DNA of 64,000 nucleotides. It comes from a virus. Shown one piece after another: positions 1 through 9,466 of this stretch (its first letter is position 1; each line of letters starts with the position of its first letter). The notes under the pieces were generated by a model. It ran no database searches. It was given only the letters and a program-made list of their open reading frames with translations, and was not told the DNA's origin. Made by a program: the position numbers and the translations under genes. The stretch spans positions 19,953 to 83,952 of IMG/VR virus record IMGVR_UViG_3300047310_000412; one strand, given 5' to 3'.

Positions 1-1301
1 TCCTCTGTAGTCAACAACGTCACACCGCGCGGACGGTGACGGTCTTGATTAAGTTCTTCGAGTTTTACGGCGGCAGAGAGCATACCACGGCATTGCCGAG
101 AGAACTGTCGCTGCCAGTCACGCACTTTTGTATCCCAATCCGCGCGGAGAAGGCGTTGCCGCTCAGCACGCGTGATCCGGTTCTGCTCGGTATTACGACT
201 AAGAACCATCGCAGTAATATGTTCACGGATATAAGCAACCGTAAACTCGGCCCCTCCCATACTTGCCTCCTCGACCAGCGCCTTCGCGAGAGCCGCCTGC
301 TGGTCTCTGGCCAAGCTGAGACGCAAGCCATCACCAAGCACCATTGTACGAAACGTATCAATATGGCTGGGATTGCTCATCCATCGGGATACGCCGACAA
401 AATCAAAGGGGGCGGCGTCACCATAATCTGCGGCACGACGCTCGGCCGCTTCATCGGTAACTCCCTGCTCGTGACTGATTGCAGCCTCGCCTGCTTCCAC
501 CGCTGCCGCATGCTCGGTCTCAATAGCGGCAGCGGCTTCCTGCTCTTCTTCGGCCTGCCGTTGTTCCTCCTCGGCCTTTTGGGCGGCCTCTTCGGCAGCG
601 CGACGCTCCGCTTCCTCGGTGGCAGCGGCGGCCTCCAACCGGCGGCGCTCAGCTTCCTGACGCGCGGCCTCGGCACGCTGCTCGGCTTCCAAGCGTGCTT
701 CCTCGGCACGCTGTCGTGCTGCTTCCTCGGCTCGCAGCCGTTCCTGCGCCTTGGTTATCTCCTCACCGACGATCCGATCGTAATCGCCTGATGTTTTGAT
801 GTTGGCAAGTTGTTGACGAATGACGGCATCGCCGTAGCCGGGAATGTTCTTTAATATTTCGAGAATGAGGCGGCGTCCGACACCCTCACGGCGACCACCA
901 CGGCCATCTTGATTTTGCGTGTCAAATTCGACACGCAAAATGTCGTTATCAAATTCTTTCTGTAAAATCAATCTAATAGCGGCGGCGACGCTGCCTGCAA
1001 TGGCCGGGCTGGTGTTGCCACGCTGCGTCGCGTTCTCTTCCGCATAAATCTGGACCATCCCCTCATCGGTGATCGTGTCACTGACAAATAGCTCGGCGTA
1101 AGTATGCCCAGCTTGAAGTGCCATACGGACGCGGACATGGCCGGCACCGATTTGGAGTTCACCATTTTTGCGGCGGACAACACTACCGCCCCAAAAATCA
1201 TGGCGTTGGATGCTGGCGAGAATTTTGGGATCGTCTTCGATCGGATCGACAGTCAAATCCCGAAACGGATTTGGCTTTAGCGTGCGCAAGTCAACGCGCA
1301 T
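1..1301 (-). CDS. ParB-like N-terminal domain protein with a long Glu/Ala/Arg coiled coil; 3' end lies beyond the window
   Basis: Manually translated; absent from the ORF track because it has no stop in the window. MRVDLRTLKPNPFRD...ILASIQRHDFWGGSVVRRKNGELQIGAGHVRVRMAL...MVQIYAEENATQR matches the ParB/Srx pattern (PNP, GHxR, ENxxQR). GGAG lies upstream; an alternative in-frame ATG is at 1316. The frame is open to position 3. Confidence 0.8.
   Translation of the reverse strand, partial: MRVDLRTLKPNPFRDLTVDPIEDDPKILASIQRHDFWGGSVVRRKNGELQIGAGHVRVRMALQAGHTYAELFVSDTITDEGMVQIYAEENATQRGNTSPAIAGSVAAAIRLILQKEFDNDILRVEFDTQNQDGRGGRREGVGRRLILEILKNIPGYGDAVIRQQLANIKTSGDYDRIVGEEITKAQERLRAEEAARQRAEEARLEAEQRAEAARQEAERRRLEAAAATEEAERRAAEEAAQKAEEEQRQAEEEQEAAAAIETEHAAAVEAGEAAISHEQGVTDEAAERRAADYGDAAPFDFVGVSRWMSNPSHIDTFRTMVLGDGLRLSLARDQQAALAKALVEEASMGGAEFTVAYIREHITAMVLSRNTEQNRITRAERQRLLRADWDTKVRDWQRQFSRQCRGMLSAAVKLEELNQDRHRPRGVTLLTTE
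912..941. repeat. 30-bp near-perfect palindrome inside the ParB-like gene
   Basis: ATTTTGCGTGTC-AAATTC-GACACGCAAAAT; only one mismatched pair. Confidence 0.85.
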
Positions 1302-1595
1302 ATTTTTCTTCTCCATCTTCGTCCTACAGGACGCTTAAAGATGCGACAATCCGCATGTCATCCATAAATGTCAAGGTTTGGTGACGGTCACGCTACGGCG
1401 TAGCAGCATGTTGTGCCGCTTTTGCGGCCTCGGCGGTTTTCGTCACGCCGCCGCCGTACCTTTTCAAAAATCAGCCCCCGAATGAGGCTGTACAAATCCG
1501 TTATACCCCATCCGATTAGACGTTACGCTAAATTACTGGTACTATAACACACCCCCGCCATACACGTGGGACGAACCGGAGTAAATCTGTCTACG

Positions 1596-1624
1596 CTTGA
1601 CGTATGATGAAGAGATGCCTATAT
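1596..1624 (+). promoter_or_regulatory. sigma70/RpoD-type promoter
   Basis: CTTGAC-N17-CTATAT, followed by GAAGGAGG and ATG at 1648. Confidence 0.8.
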
Positions 1625-1647
1625 GTAAAGGCAGAAGGAGGCAAACC

Positions 1648-2352
1648 ATGCCTATGGAATTTCCACGTATCGTCGCAGCCTGGAAGCGCCGCGACCAGTC
1701 TCAGTGGGAGATTGGCGACGAGATTATCACCGTCGCCGGGAGGCCGGATACACCGGGCGTCCATAACGATACGCTGGTGCGGATCAAGGCCGAAATCGAA
1801 ACCAATGGCTTCGATTGTCCTATCGGTGCGCTGCGTGATTACCGTGGGATCGCCGCCGCCTTTGCTGCTGGCGATCGATCGCCAGCAGCAAGTTGGACGG
1901 CCCATTACATCGCGGGCAATCCCGATACGCTCGTCCGGATCACCGCAGCAGCAGGCAACCGGCCACTGACGGCGGCGCTGACGCGGCAATTGAAGAAGCA
2001 GATCGCGGAGGCCGATGCCGCAGCCATTGCAGCCGCAGCCCCAGCAACAATCCCCGCAACCACCACCGGGGCCGCGACCACCACACCGGCTCCCACGACT
2101 AGCAGTACAGCCACGACTAGCGGGGGCAGTAGTACAACCGAGCCGACGACAACGGAAACCATGGAGGCCCCCGATTTCCTGGCCCAGTTTATCAGTGACG
2201 TTGACGCTTTGACGGAGCACGTCGCGGCTAATTGGAGCGATGCCGACGAAATTGCTGCATATCGCGAGGGAATTGCCGCCACGCGAGCCAGCCTGGACCG
2301 CTTTGAAGCGGTTCTCAATCACGGCCCGCGTACCGCAGCCGCCGCCGATTAG
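1648..2352 (+). CDS. hypothetical protein with Thr/Ala-rich linker
   Basis: Start moved to ATG 1648, downstream of the promoter and strong RBS. Confidence 0.75.
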   Translation: MPMEFPRIVAAWKRRDQSQWEIGDEIITVAGRPDTPGVHNDTLVRIKAEIETNGFDCPIGALRDYRGIAAAFAAGDRSPAASWTAHYIAGNPDTLVRITAAAGNRPLTAALTRQLKKQIAEADAAAIAAAAPATIPATTTGAATTTPAPTTSSTATTSGGSSTTEPTTTETMEAPDFLAQFISDVDALTEHVAANWSDADEIAAYREGIAATRASLDRFEAVLNHGPRTAAAAD

Positions 2353-2549
2353 GATACGGTACGGCGGTTGAGGACGGGGCGGGCGGGACGCCATTCAGCT
2401 TCAATCATCGCCTTCTCGACCAGCTTACGAATGAGCCACGTCACCGAGCGGTCCTGCCGCTCGCTTTCCCGATCGAGCCATGCCTTTTGTGCGGCGGTCA
2501 GACGAACGCCCATCGACACCACAACTTCTTCTCCACGTAGACGGTTCAT
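2349..2549 (-). CDS. ribbon-helix-helix (CopG/Arc-like) DNA-binding protein
   Basis: VSMGVRLTAAQKAWLDRESERQDRSVTWLIRKLVEKAM fits the RHH pattern. Confidence 0.7.
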   Translation of the reverse strand: MNRLRGEEVVVSMGVRLTAAQKAWLDRESERQDRSVTWLIRKLVEKAMIEAEWRPARPVLNRRTVS

Positions 2550-2650
2550 CGTTAAAATCCATTCGTTCCGAGAACTGGACCGATACAAAAAGATAAGCAG
2601 CCGCCCGCATTACGTCAATTGCTTTTAGCCACATTTATTTTCATTTAGCC

Positions 2651-2679
2651 CTTGTGCGCACATTAGGCGCTTGCTATAT
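2651..2679 (+). promoter_or_regulatory. sigma70-type promoter
   Basis: CTTGTG-N17-CTATAT. Confidence 0.55.
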
Positions 2680-2770
2680 GGCATATAGCGCCCACAAAAG
2701 CAGCGGACGCGATATTAAATCTAGGCGGCAGAACGGTGCTGATCCCCTGCCCCGGAAAGGAGGAACACCA

Positions 2771-3157
2771 ATGCCAATTCATGTTCGTAAGAACGACTAC
2801 GGTCCGATTTCGAGCTTTATGGCGAAATATCTGCCGGATTTTCCCGCCAGCCGTATCGCCGAGCTTGAGGACGATATGATCCTAGCCGTCGTCCTGCAAA
2901 CTGAACCGGTGCCGGGATCGACGGCCGACGCACGGGGCGAAGCTATTTCCCTCATGCAAGCCGCGATCGATATTCTGGAGCCGGGGCAGTCGATCAATTG
3001 GGATCGTCTGAAGGATGTGAGCGGCTTGCCCAAGCACAACCGCTCGGACAATTCGTTCATCTGGCACTGGGCGAAGGATAATCATCTGCTTGAGCACAAT
3101 CCGTCGCGCGGCGCGCATTTCGTCAAGATGATCGGTCCCTCGACCGCGACGCACTAA
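2771..3157 (+). CDS. hypothetical protein
   Basis: AGGAGG RBS before ATG 2771; followed by a terminator. Confidence 0.7.
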   Translation: MPIHVRKNDYGPISSFMAKYLPDFPASRIAELEDDMILAVVLQTEPVPGSTADARGEAISLMQAAIDILEPGQSINWDRLKDVSGLPKHNRSDNSFIWHWAKDNHLLEHNPSRGAHFVKMIGPSTATH

Positions 3158-3175
3158 CTAGCCCTAGCTAGCCTA

Positions 3176-3212
3176 AGGGGGCGGGCATTTCAGCGATGTC
3201 CGCCCCTTTTTT
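3176..3212 (+). terminator. rho-independent terminator
   Basis: GGGGCGGGCAT..ATGTCCGCCCC followed by a T run. Confidence 0.75.
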
Positions 3213-3233
3213 CTCCCTCAAAGGAGCTTTACC

Positions 3234-4091
3234 GTGCCGGATCAATTACCACCATTTCTCGAAGACGATGCCCAGCGATTGCGTGTGACATGGCGCAAAT
3301 CGGTCAATTTCTTTAACACATTCGCCACGCAATGGCTCGAATTAAAGCAGCGGTTTGATACCGGCGAATTTGACCATCGCCGCCAGGAACTGCGCTTTTC
3401 GAAATGCTCCCTGCCCATGTTTGACATCTGGGCGCAGGAATTTGGCTTCGACAGCTCCTTTATCGCCAGCATCTTAAAGGCCCATGAACTGGCGCTGGCC
3501 GATGATCAGCGTCGCATCGTGCGTGCAAAACTGGACGAGCAAAAGCTCCAGCGTATTCAAGCCGCCACGGCCGCAGTCGAGGCGCAGGCTCGATTGCGGC
3601 AAAAAAAGGCACAGGAGACAGAGGCCAAGCAACGAGCCAAAAGCAATAAGACGATCGAGAAGACCGTCGCCGCCAACAGAGAGAAACAGGCCAAAAAGCG
3701 CGAGACCGCTCGCCAAAAGCTGATCCGGCGCGGCCCAGTCCATCCGGAACTACGCGAACTGATCAAGGCCAGCGGCTATCTGCGACAGCGCAAGCCGGTC
3801 GATGAAATCTCGCTGGGCAATTGCTACTGCATGATCCGGATGTTGTTTGAGGATCGACCGGATATCGTCTTGGCCGAGGGCAAGATGCCGAACAACGATA
3901 TGTTTAGCTGGGGAACGGCCCGCGAGCTTTACATCGAAGAAAGCCCCGATCCGCTGATCAAGAACGACAAGCGCAGCGTCGAGCGGCTGATCAAGAAATA
4001 TATCGCCCAACTGGCACCGGGGACAAAGCCGATGCTGCGATCACGCGAGGAGCGGGCCTTGCTGGGCATCAGCCAAGCCGCCGCCCAATAA
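3234..4091 (+). CDS. hypothetical protein with central coiled coil
   Basis: AAGGAG RBS before GTG; 285 aa. Confidence 0.7.
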   Translation: MPDQLPPFLEDDAQRLRVTWRKSVNFFNTFATQWLELKQRFDTGEFDHRRQELRFSKCSLPMFDIWAQEFGFDSSFIASILKAHELALADDQRRIVRAKLDEQKLQRIQAATAAVEAQARLRQKKAQETEAKQRAKSNKTIEKTVAANREKQAKKRETARQKLIRRGPVHPELRELIKASGYLRQRKPVDEISLGNCYCMIRMLFEDRPDIVLAEGKMPNNDMFSWGTARELYIEESPDPLIKNDKRSVERLIKKYIAQLAPGTKPMLRSREERALLGISQAAAQ

Positions 4092-4434
4092 CTGAAAGAG
4101 AAGAAGTCATGAATGTCATTGAACGCATTGCCGTCTGGCACAAGAAACTGTGCGAGGAACCCGACTACAGCCAATATCTGACTGCCTTGGACGCAACATA
4201 ATAGAGGATACGTTCACTCATATGGAAAGCATACTGGAGCCAAAGCCAAAACGCGAAAAAACCTGGGTATCCGATAGACCGGTCAACGGCGAGGCATCCC
4301 CTGTCGAAACGACACCGAATAACCCGCCTTCAGCGCCATCTCGGCGTCGCTGAACACCAACGGCCATGCGCCCGGCGGATAATCAAACCAGCGGCGGCGC
4401 AGCCAATTGTCGAGCGCCGGGGAGAGCCGGAAGA

Positions 4435-5412
4435 TCAGCGCACCCGCCGAGCCGACACATAGCCCTTCACCGTCGCCGTCCCCGTCCCAATCTGCGCCAC
4501 CAGATACAGATCGACCGGATCAGTCGAGTTCGAACGGCACTGCCCGGTGATCAGCACCTGTCGCTGACCGGCGGCGAGCGGCGAGAAGATCAACTGCATG
4601 ACACCCGTCCCGAGGATCAGTTCCTCGTCGGTGGGCAGGCTAGCCGGCGTGACGCTGATCCCGCAGCCGAGTTGGCTGGGCTGGATCACCGCCAGCGGAA
4701 CGGGAACATCGACAAAGAACACCCCAGCCGCCACGGCAAAATCACAACAGCCCCAGATTTCCCAACATCCCGGCGGCAGCGTTATGGTGCAGACCAGCGC
4801 TGTCACATTGGCGGTGATCGGCACACCGTCGATATTATCGACGGTGATATATTCGCCGACATCGCCGGGTTGCGCATCGGTGCCGTCCGTTATGCCGACA
4901 AAGGTATTGGGGACAAAGATGTAGTCATCGCTGCCGAGAACCGCGCGGTTGCCGGGGTCGGTGCTGACGACGATCGGCCCGTCCTGGCCCGTCGCCCCGG
5001 TCGCCCCGGTATCGCCTTTATCCCCTTTATCGCCCGTAGCCCCTGTCGGACCCGGTGGACCCGCCGGCCCGGTTTCGCCCTGCGCCCCCGGCGGACCGGG
5101 CGGTCCTTCGACAACCGGTGTGTAGGCTTGCTCAAAGGCAAGTTTCGGTTCCCAGAGTTCGGTCTGGTCCGGATCGGAATAGGCAACAAAATAGTCGCCT
5201 ATTTCCGGTTCGCCCTGCTGCGAGAAGAAGAGCGGATCGACATCGATGGTCTGCGGCACGCCCGCGTTATCGACGGTAACTTGCGGTGGATCGAGGCTGT
5301 AGCCGGTGATGACCGCCCCTTCTACCAGACGGTATGTCTGGTAAAAGATCGGCAAGCCCAGATCGGGCCTGGGGTTCTGCTCGGGCAGCGGGGGAAGATC
5401 GTCAAGGCTCAT
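4435..5412 (-). CDS. collagen-repeat virion/fibre-like protein
   Basis: About 17 Gly-X-Y triplets, then [17 protein letters not shown]...[13 protein letters not shown], resembling phage fibre C-terminal modules; GAGGA RBS before MSLDDL. Confidence 0.7.
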   Translation of the reverse strand: MSLDDLPPLPEQNPRPDLGLPIFYQTYRLVEGAVITGYSLDPPQVTVDNAGVPQTIDVDPLFFSQQGEPEIGDYFVAYSDPDQTELWEPKLAFEQAYTPVVEGPPGPPGAQGETGPAGPPGPTGATGDKGDKGDTGATGATGQDGPIVVSTDPGNRAVLGSDDYIFVPNTFVGITDGTDAQPGDVGEYITVDNIDGVPITANVTALVCTITLPPGCWEIWGCCDFAVAAGVFFVDVPVPLAVIQPSQLGCGISVTPASLPTDEELILGTGVMQLIFSPLAAGQRQVLITGQCRSNSTDPVDLYLVAQIGTGTATVKGYVSARRVR

Positions 5413-5515
5413 GGTGTCCTCCCTCAAAAGGGCTGGCCGCGCCAAGGATGTGGACCAGGGGAGGCGTCACAACCAAGGAGACGGGGGTCAGCAGCGCGGC
5501 CAGCAGGGGGACGAG

Positions 5516-5971
5516 CTATGCTGCCACAATCTCAGCCTTTGGCACAAGACGGTAGAGCAGATTGGACGCCCAATAACCCGGAAAGGAATGGTCCATCGCC
5601 AGCCCGACATGGTGGATGCCGTCAAGCAGCGCGGCGGGATCGTCGTGCGGCCGTTGACGGCGGTCCAGATCACGGGCGATCGCCTTTATGCAGATCAGGA
5701 CCAGCCCATAGACTTGTGTCTCGGTCAGACCGGTCGTCTGGTCGCCCAGCCAGTCAAAGAGGTCATTGGTGCGGGCCGATATCCCCAGCTTGCGCAGTTG
5801 CGCCAGAGGCGGCCGGATACGGCAAATTTCCTGTATGGCATCAGCGACATATTGCTGGGGTCGTGTCAAATTTCGCCCGTCGTCCTTGTCGGCTACGAGC
5901 AGGGCATCGAGTTGTCGGCGATCGACGGCATCCAGTTGCTGGATGACGGCGAGGATTTCTTCTGGTGTCAT
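5516..5971 (-). CDS. hypothetical protein
   Basis: 151 aa helical-looking ORF, co-oriented with its neighbours. Confidence 0.6.
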   Translation of the reverse strand: MTPEEILAVIQQLDAVDRRQLDALLVADKDDGRNLTRPQQYVADAIQEICRIRPPLAQLRKLGISARTNDLFDWLGDQTTGLTETQVYGLVLICIKAIARDLDRRQRPHDDPAALLDGIHHVGLAMDHSFPGYWASNLLYRLVPKAEIVAA

Positions 5972-6025
5972 AGCCGGATGATAGCCCTATTTTGTTGCAA
6001 TTCAAAGGATATCCCGATGAACTAT

Positions 6026-6232
6026 CTATGTACCCTGTCGGTTCCAAGCCTCATAAGCTGCCACAGCCGCAGCAGCCTGCTTTAGCACCCAGAAGCGGAC
6101 TGCTTGGCTGGCTCCATCCCATGTATGAGGATCATGCCTGTCTACGCCGTATTTACTCTCTTCGGCTAATCCCCAGTGGGTCATATAGATGGCGCGGGCT
6201 ACTGCTTCGACACGTGTGTCACCAGTTTTCAT
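6026..6232 (-). CDS. hypothetical protein
   Basis: GAGGTG RBS before MKTGDTRVEAVARAIY. Confidence 0.55.
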   Translation of the reverse strand: MKTGDTRVEAVARAIYMTHWGLAEESKYGVDRHDPHTWDGASQAVRFWVLKQAAAAVAAYEAWNRQGT

Positions 6233-6582
6233 TTCATCACCTCTAAGCAGGATGCTGTCCAACCCCAATTTGACGGTGGGTTCGGTCCGGGCAGACCACG
6301 CCCGTCCGAAAACGGGCGTGGTTAACTTTGACGGTTGGGACGCCATGGTTGACGATGGCTTAGCCCGCCTATCAATCTGATAGGCTCCGCAGGTCAGCGG
6401 TCTCGGATTACTGGGCCGCACGTCTCTGACTGTTTCGCACCGCAAGCCGTCAGCCATCCAAAGCTCGCGGAAGCTGCGTAGGCGTAATCCCACGCATCAC
6501 ATTCGGTCTGCTGGTAGCTACGATCATCGCCTCATCCACCGGCTGAGCTTCCTCAGCCGCGATCTAGGCTCCCGTGCCAGTG

Positions 6583-6756
6583 CTACCTATAGTCCTTGTT
6601 GCTTCGACCGCGACCGGGCTTGCTGCCAATGCCGCGATCCTGTTTGATGCTTCTGAATGTCGAAGGCTTTTTGGCAAGCGACTGAACTCGGTCCTTCCAG
6701 ACATCTTCTCGCTGCTCTTTGATGAGCTTCTGAAGTTCTTTCCGGCGGTTCGTCAC
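6583..6756 (-). CDS. small basic hypothetical protein (57 aa)
   Basis: Manual translation: MTNRRKELQKLIKEQREDVWKDRVQSLAKKPSTFRSIKQDRGIGSKPGRGRSNKDYR. Confidence 0.4.
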   Translation of the reverse strand: MTNRRKELQKLIKEQREDVWKDRVQSLAKKPSTFRSIKQDRGIGSKPGRGRSNKDYR

Positions 6757-6895
6757 AGCCAAGCCCCCGACAAAACTGCTGCCGATATCGGGTGTTGCAG
6801 GAGGGGCTGAGTTGCGGTATTAACCCGCATGGCAGTCCCGTCTGCCGCACGCTGATGGGGACGGCAATCCCGCACAGCATCTCGGTTCTAAACCG

Positions 6896-6931
6896 AAAGG
6901 GACGCCCTCCGCAAGGGGGGCGTCTTTTTTG
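6896..6931. terminator. terminator-like hairpin
   Basis: GACGCCCTCC-GCAA-GGGGGCGTC then TTTTTT. Confidence 0.65.
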
Positions 6932-6971
6932 TGCCTGGGGTATAATCTGAAGCCCATCACAGGGGGCCGTC

Positions 6972-7181
6972 ATGCGTGTCCTATGCACGATCGAAGAAAC
7001 CGAATTAGAGAACGACGAAGGCCGCACGGTGGACGGTGTCGAGGCGACGTGCAGCCGGTGCGAGCACACCACCGAGAGTTATGGCACCGATACCCCATCC
7101 CGGCGGCGCTGCCTTGTGCTGCTGCGCGAGGAATGCCCCATGGGGGAGCACAATTTCTACGTCGATGAGGAAGACGACTGA
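6972..7181 (+). CDS. small acidic Cys-containing protein
   Basis: CSRC motif plus further Cys; TGATG coupling to the next gene. Confidence 0.65.
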   Translation: MRVLCTIEETELENDEGRTVDGVEATCSRCEHTTESYGTDTPSRRRCLVLLREECPMGEHNFYVDEEDD

Positions 7182-7504
7182 TGAACGAAGACTGGTTTGT
7201 CCGAGTTCAGGAGTTCGTTTGCCATGGCTGCGGCCGGTTCATGATCGCCTTTGGTGCGCTCGACATGGCGCATCCGATCTGCGGCGCGTGCATGACGCAG
7301 CCGGGCTGGACCATGTGGCCCGATCTGGTCCGCGCCTTTGATCCCGAGAACGATCGCGATCCGGCGGCGATCACCATGACCGTCAGCGAACTCGAATGCC
7401 GGGCCGAATTGGCTACCGCGCTCTTCGACTGGCTCGGCCAGAATGTCAAGATTGTCGAGGACTACCGGCCCCCCGAGGCGCTGGAGCAAAAATGGCTTCA
7501 CTGA
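7181..7504 (+). CDS. hypothetical Zn-ribbon-like protein
   Basis: CHGC...CGAC. Confidence 0.6.
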   Translation: MNEDWFVRVQEFVCHGCGRFMIAFGALDMAHPICGACMTQPGWTMWPDLVRAFDPENDRDPAAITMTVSELECRAELATALFDWLGQNVKIVEDYRPPEALEQKWLH

Positions 7505-7604
7505 GTTGGATGAGTAGGATTGCCCCGCTAAAGCCCTAAGCCGGGTATACTAATAAGCACAAGGGGCTGGCCGAAAAAAAGATGCGATCGGAGTAAAGTT
7601 TCCG

Positions 7605-7675
7605 CTTGACTCCTGGCTTGCTATCCCCTATATGTACAGTGCGACGGGAAATTGTTTCCGTTGCCAACAAGGGAG
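7605..7675 (+). promoter_or_regulatory. promoter + stem-loop + RBS cassette (copy 1)
   Basis: CTTGAC-N17-CTATAT; GCGACGGGAAA-TTG-TTTCCGTTGC; AAGGGAG. Confidence 0.8.
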
Positions 7676-7681
7676 CCAGTC

Positions 7682-9010
7682 ATGGCTATGAATTGGCCAC
7701 GGTGGATCAAGCGGGAATGGGCGCGGTGCGCCCTGGAGGCCGAGCTTTCGGGCGCGACCCTGCGGATCACGCCGTCCCCGCTTCGGGACCCGCTCTATAG
7801 CGACATCGACGCGGTATGGGCTTTCTACGTGTCGCGGGCGCGGGACGCCGGCCGGCAGGTGGAAATTGAACTGAACCCCTCCGACAGCGCTGCCTACAAC
7901 ATGGCGCGGGTCGTCTGGCTGGCTGGCGAATTGGCCAGCGACAGTCCGGTGATCAGCGGCTGGCGGTTGTCTTCGACACGGCGGCGGGCCTTCGACCGGT
8001 ACAATTTCACATTGGTTCCGCTGGGGCGGACCGTGGGCTTGTCGGTGCGGGTGTCGCGGGCGGTTCACGGCGACGCGGCCTGGAACATCGTCCGGTCGAA
8101 ATGGCTGGAGGCCCAGGTCGGGCATCTGGTGCTGAGCGGCGCATCGAGCGCGGCAGCGGCTCCTCGGACGCCAGCGGAAGCAGCGGTGACCGGGACAGTC
8201 GGACCGGCGGTGGTGCTGGATTGGACCAATCTCACCTACGGGATCGAGATTGAATGCATCCGGCCCAGCAACGTGTCGATGGCCGAGTTCGCCCGGCAAC
8301 TGACCGAGGCCGGTGTGCCGACCAACGCCGAGCACTACAACCATCACGTCCGGAACTACTGGAAGATCGTGACCGATGGTTCACTGAGCGACCGGAACGG
8401 CGTGGGCATGGAATTGGTCAGCCCCATCCTGCGGGGCACGGCCGATTTCGAGATGGTGCGGAAGGCCGCTGCGGTCCTCCACGGCGACGGGCCACGGGCG
8501 CTCTGCCGGATCAACAAGACGTGCGGTCTCCACGTTCACGTTGGTCTGCCTCGGCGGGAACACACACTGCCGATCAACGTGCTGCGGCTCTACCATCACT
8601 ACGAGAACGTGATTGACGGCTTGATGCCGCCGTCACGGCGGGGCACGGCCAACAGCTACTGCCGGCCGACCACGTTCACGCCTCGGATGGCGGGCGCGAC
8701 CACGCTCGAAACGCTGCGGTCGAGCTACGGCTACGACAGATACCGGAAGGTAAATCTGGAGTCGATCTGGCGGCACGGCACGGTCGAGTTCCGGCAGCAT
8801 GCCGGGACGATCGAGGCCGACAAAATCATCTCTTGGGCCACATTGGTTCTCAAGATGATGGCAATCGCCAACAGCGCACCGCCGCTGCCTGAGGGGCCAG
8901 CCACGCTGGAAGGCCTCCTGGCCCTGACCGGCGCTGACGAGGCCGCGACATCCTTCTGGATGCAGCGGCAGAGCCAGATGGCTCCAGCCAGCATGGCGGC
9001 AGCAGCCTAG
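7682..9010 (+). CDS. putative amidoligase (COOH-NH2 ligase, Amidoligase_2 type) with an uncharacterised N-terminal domain
   Basis: Motifs YGIEIEC, WKIVTDGSL, ELVSPIL, CGLHVHVG, RYRKVNL, TVEFRQHAGT. Confidence 0.9.
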   Translation: MAMNWPRWIKREWARCALEAELSGATLRITPSPLRDPLYSDIDAVWAFYVSRARDAGRQVEIELNPSDSAAYNMARVVWLAGELASDSPVISGWRLSSTRRRAFDRYNFTLVPLGRTVGLSVRVSRAVHGDAAWNIVRSKWLEAQVGHLVLSGASSAAAAPRTPAEAAVTGTVGPAVVLDWTNLTYGIEIECIRPSNVSMAEFARQLTEAGVPTNAEHYNHHVRNYWKIVTDGSLSDRNGVGMELVSPILRGTADFEMVRKAAAVLHGDGPRALCRINKTCGLHVHVGLPRREHTLPINVLRLYHHYENVIDGLMPPSRRGTANSYCRPTTFTPRMAGATTLETLRSSYGYDRYRKVNLESIWRHGTVEFRQHAGTIEADKIISWATLVLKMMAIANSAPPLPEGPATLEGLLALTGADEAATSFWMQRQSQMAPASMAAAA

Positions 9011-9022
9011 ACCACCACCACC

Positions 9023-9051
9023 GGGCGACGGGATGTCCCGTCGCCCCTTTT
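9023..9051 (+). terminator. rho-independent terminator
   Basis: GGGCGACGGG-ATGT-CCCGTCGCCC-CTTTT. Confidence 0.7.
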
Positions 9052-9068
9052 GCAAGCGGAGCAGTACC

Positions 9069-9326
9069 ATGATCCACACCAATGACGGCCAGACACTGCG
9101 TGCGACCGAGCCTGAGGCGATCGTCGCGGAGCTAAACGATCTGAGCTTTTCGCCCGAGAAGACACCGGGAAAGTTCATGACCGAGAGCGCGGGGCGCATC
9201 CTCGCCTTCTCGGGGCAGAAAGTCCGCACCGACAGCGCCGAGAACTACGTCAGCGATCTGTTCGATTACGGCTTTCTCAGCACCGAGGAAGAGCCGGAAC
9301 GGCATCATCGCCGCCAGCGCCGCTAG
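9069..9326 (+). CDS. small hypothetical protein next to the amidoligase
   Basis: GGAG RBS; MIHTNDGQTLRATEPEAIV...VRTDSAENYVSDLFDYGFL. Confidence 0.65.
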   Translation: MIHTNDGQTLRATEPEAIVAELNDLSFSPEKTPGKFMTESAGRILAFSGQKVRTDSAENYVSDLFDYGFLSTEEEPERHHRRQRR

Positions 9327-9466
9327 GAAGCTCGTGGAGCGCAGGAAGGGCTTGGCTGGTGTCATACCACCGGACCGGGCCTTTCCGCGCATCCTGGGCC
9401 AGCCTAGAGGCCCGGCCGGCGGCGATCGGGGCCGAGGTATATCAATCTGCACAACGGAGAGGAGCA

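Noticed and set aside
36-791. 251-aa plus-strand ORF
   Set aside because: Antisense shadow of the ParB-like coiled-coil gene.
5863-5874. Partial match to the ParB-gene palindrome (CGTGTCAAATT)
   Set aside because: Half-site only; compatible with chance.
4366-5946. 526-aa plus-strand ORF, and similar long ORFs such as 11658-12500, 23154-23984 and 56548-57981
   Set aside because: Antisense shadows of recognisable genes, common in high-GC DNA.
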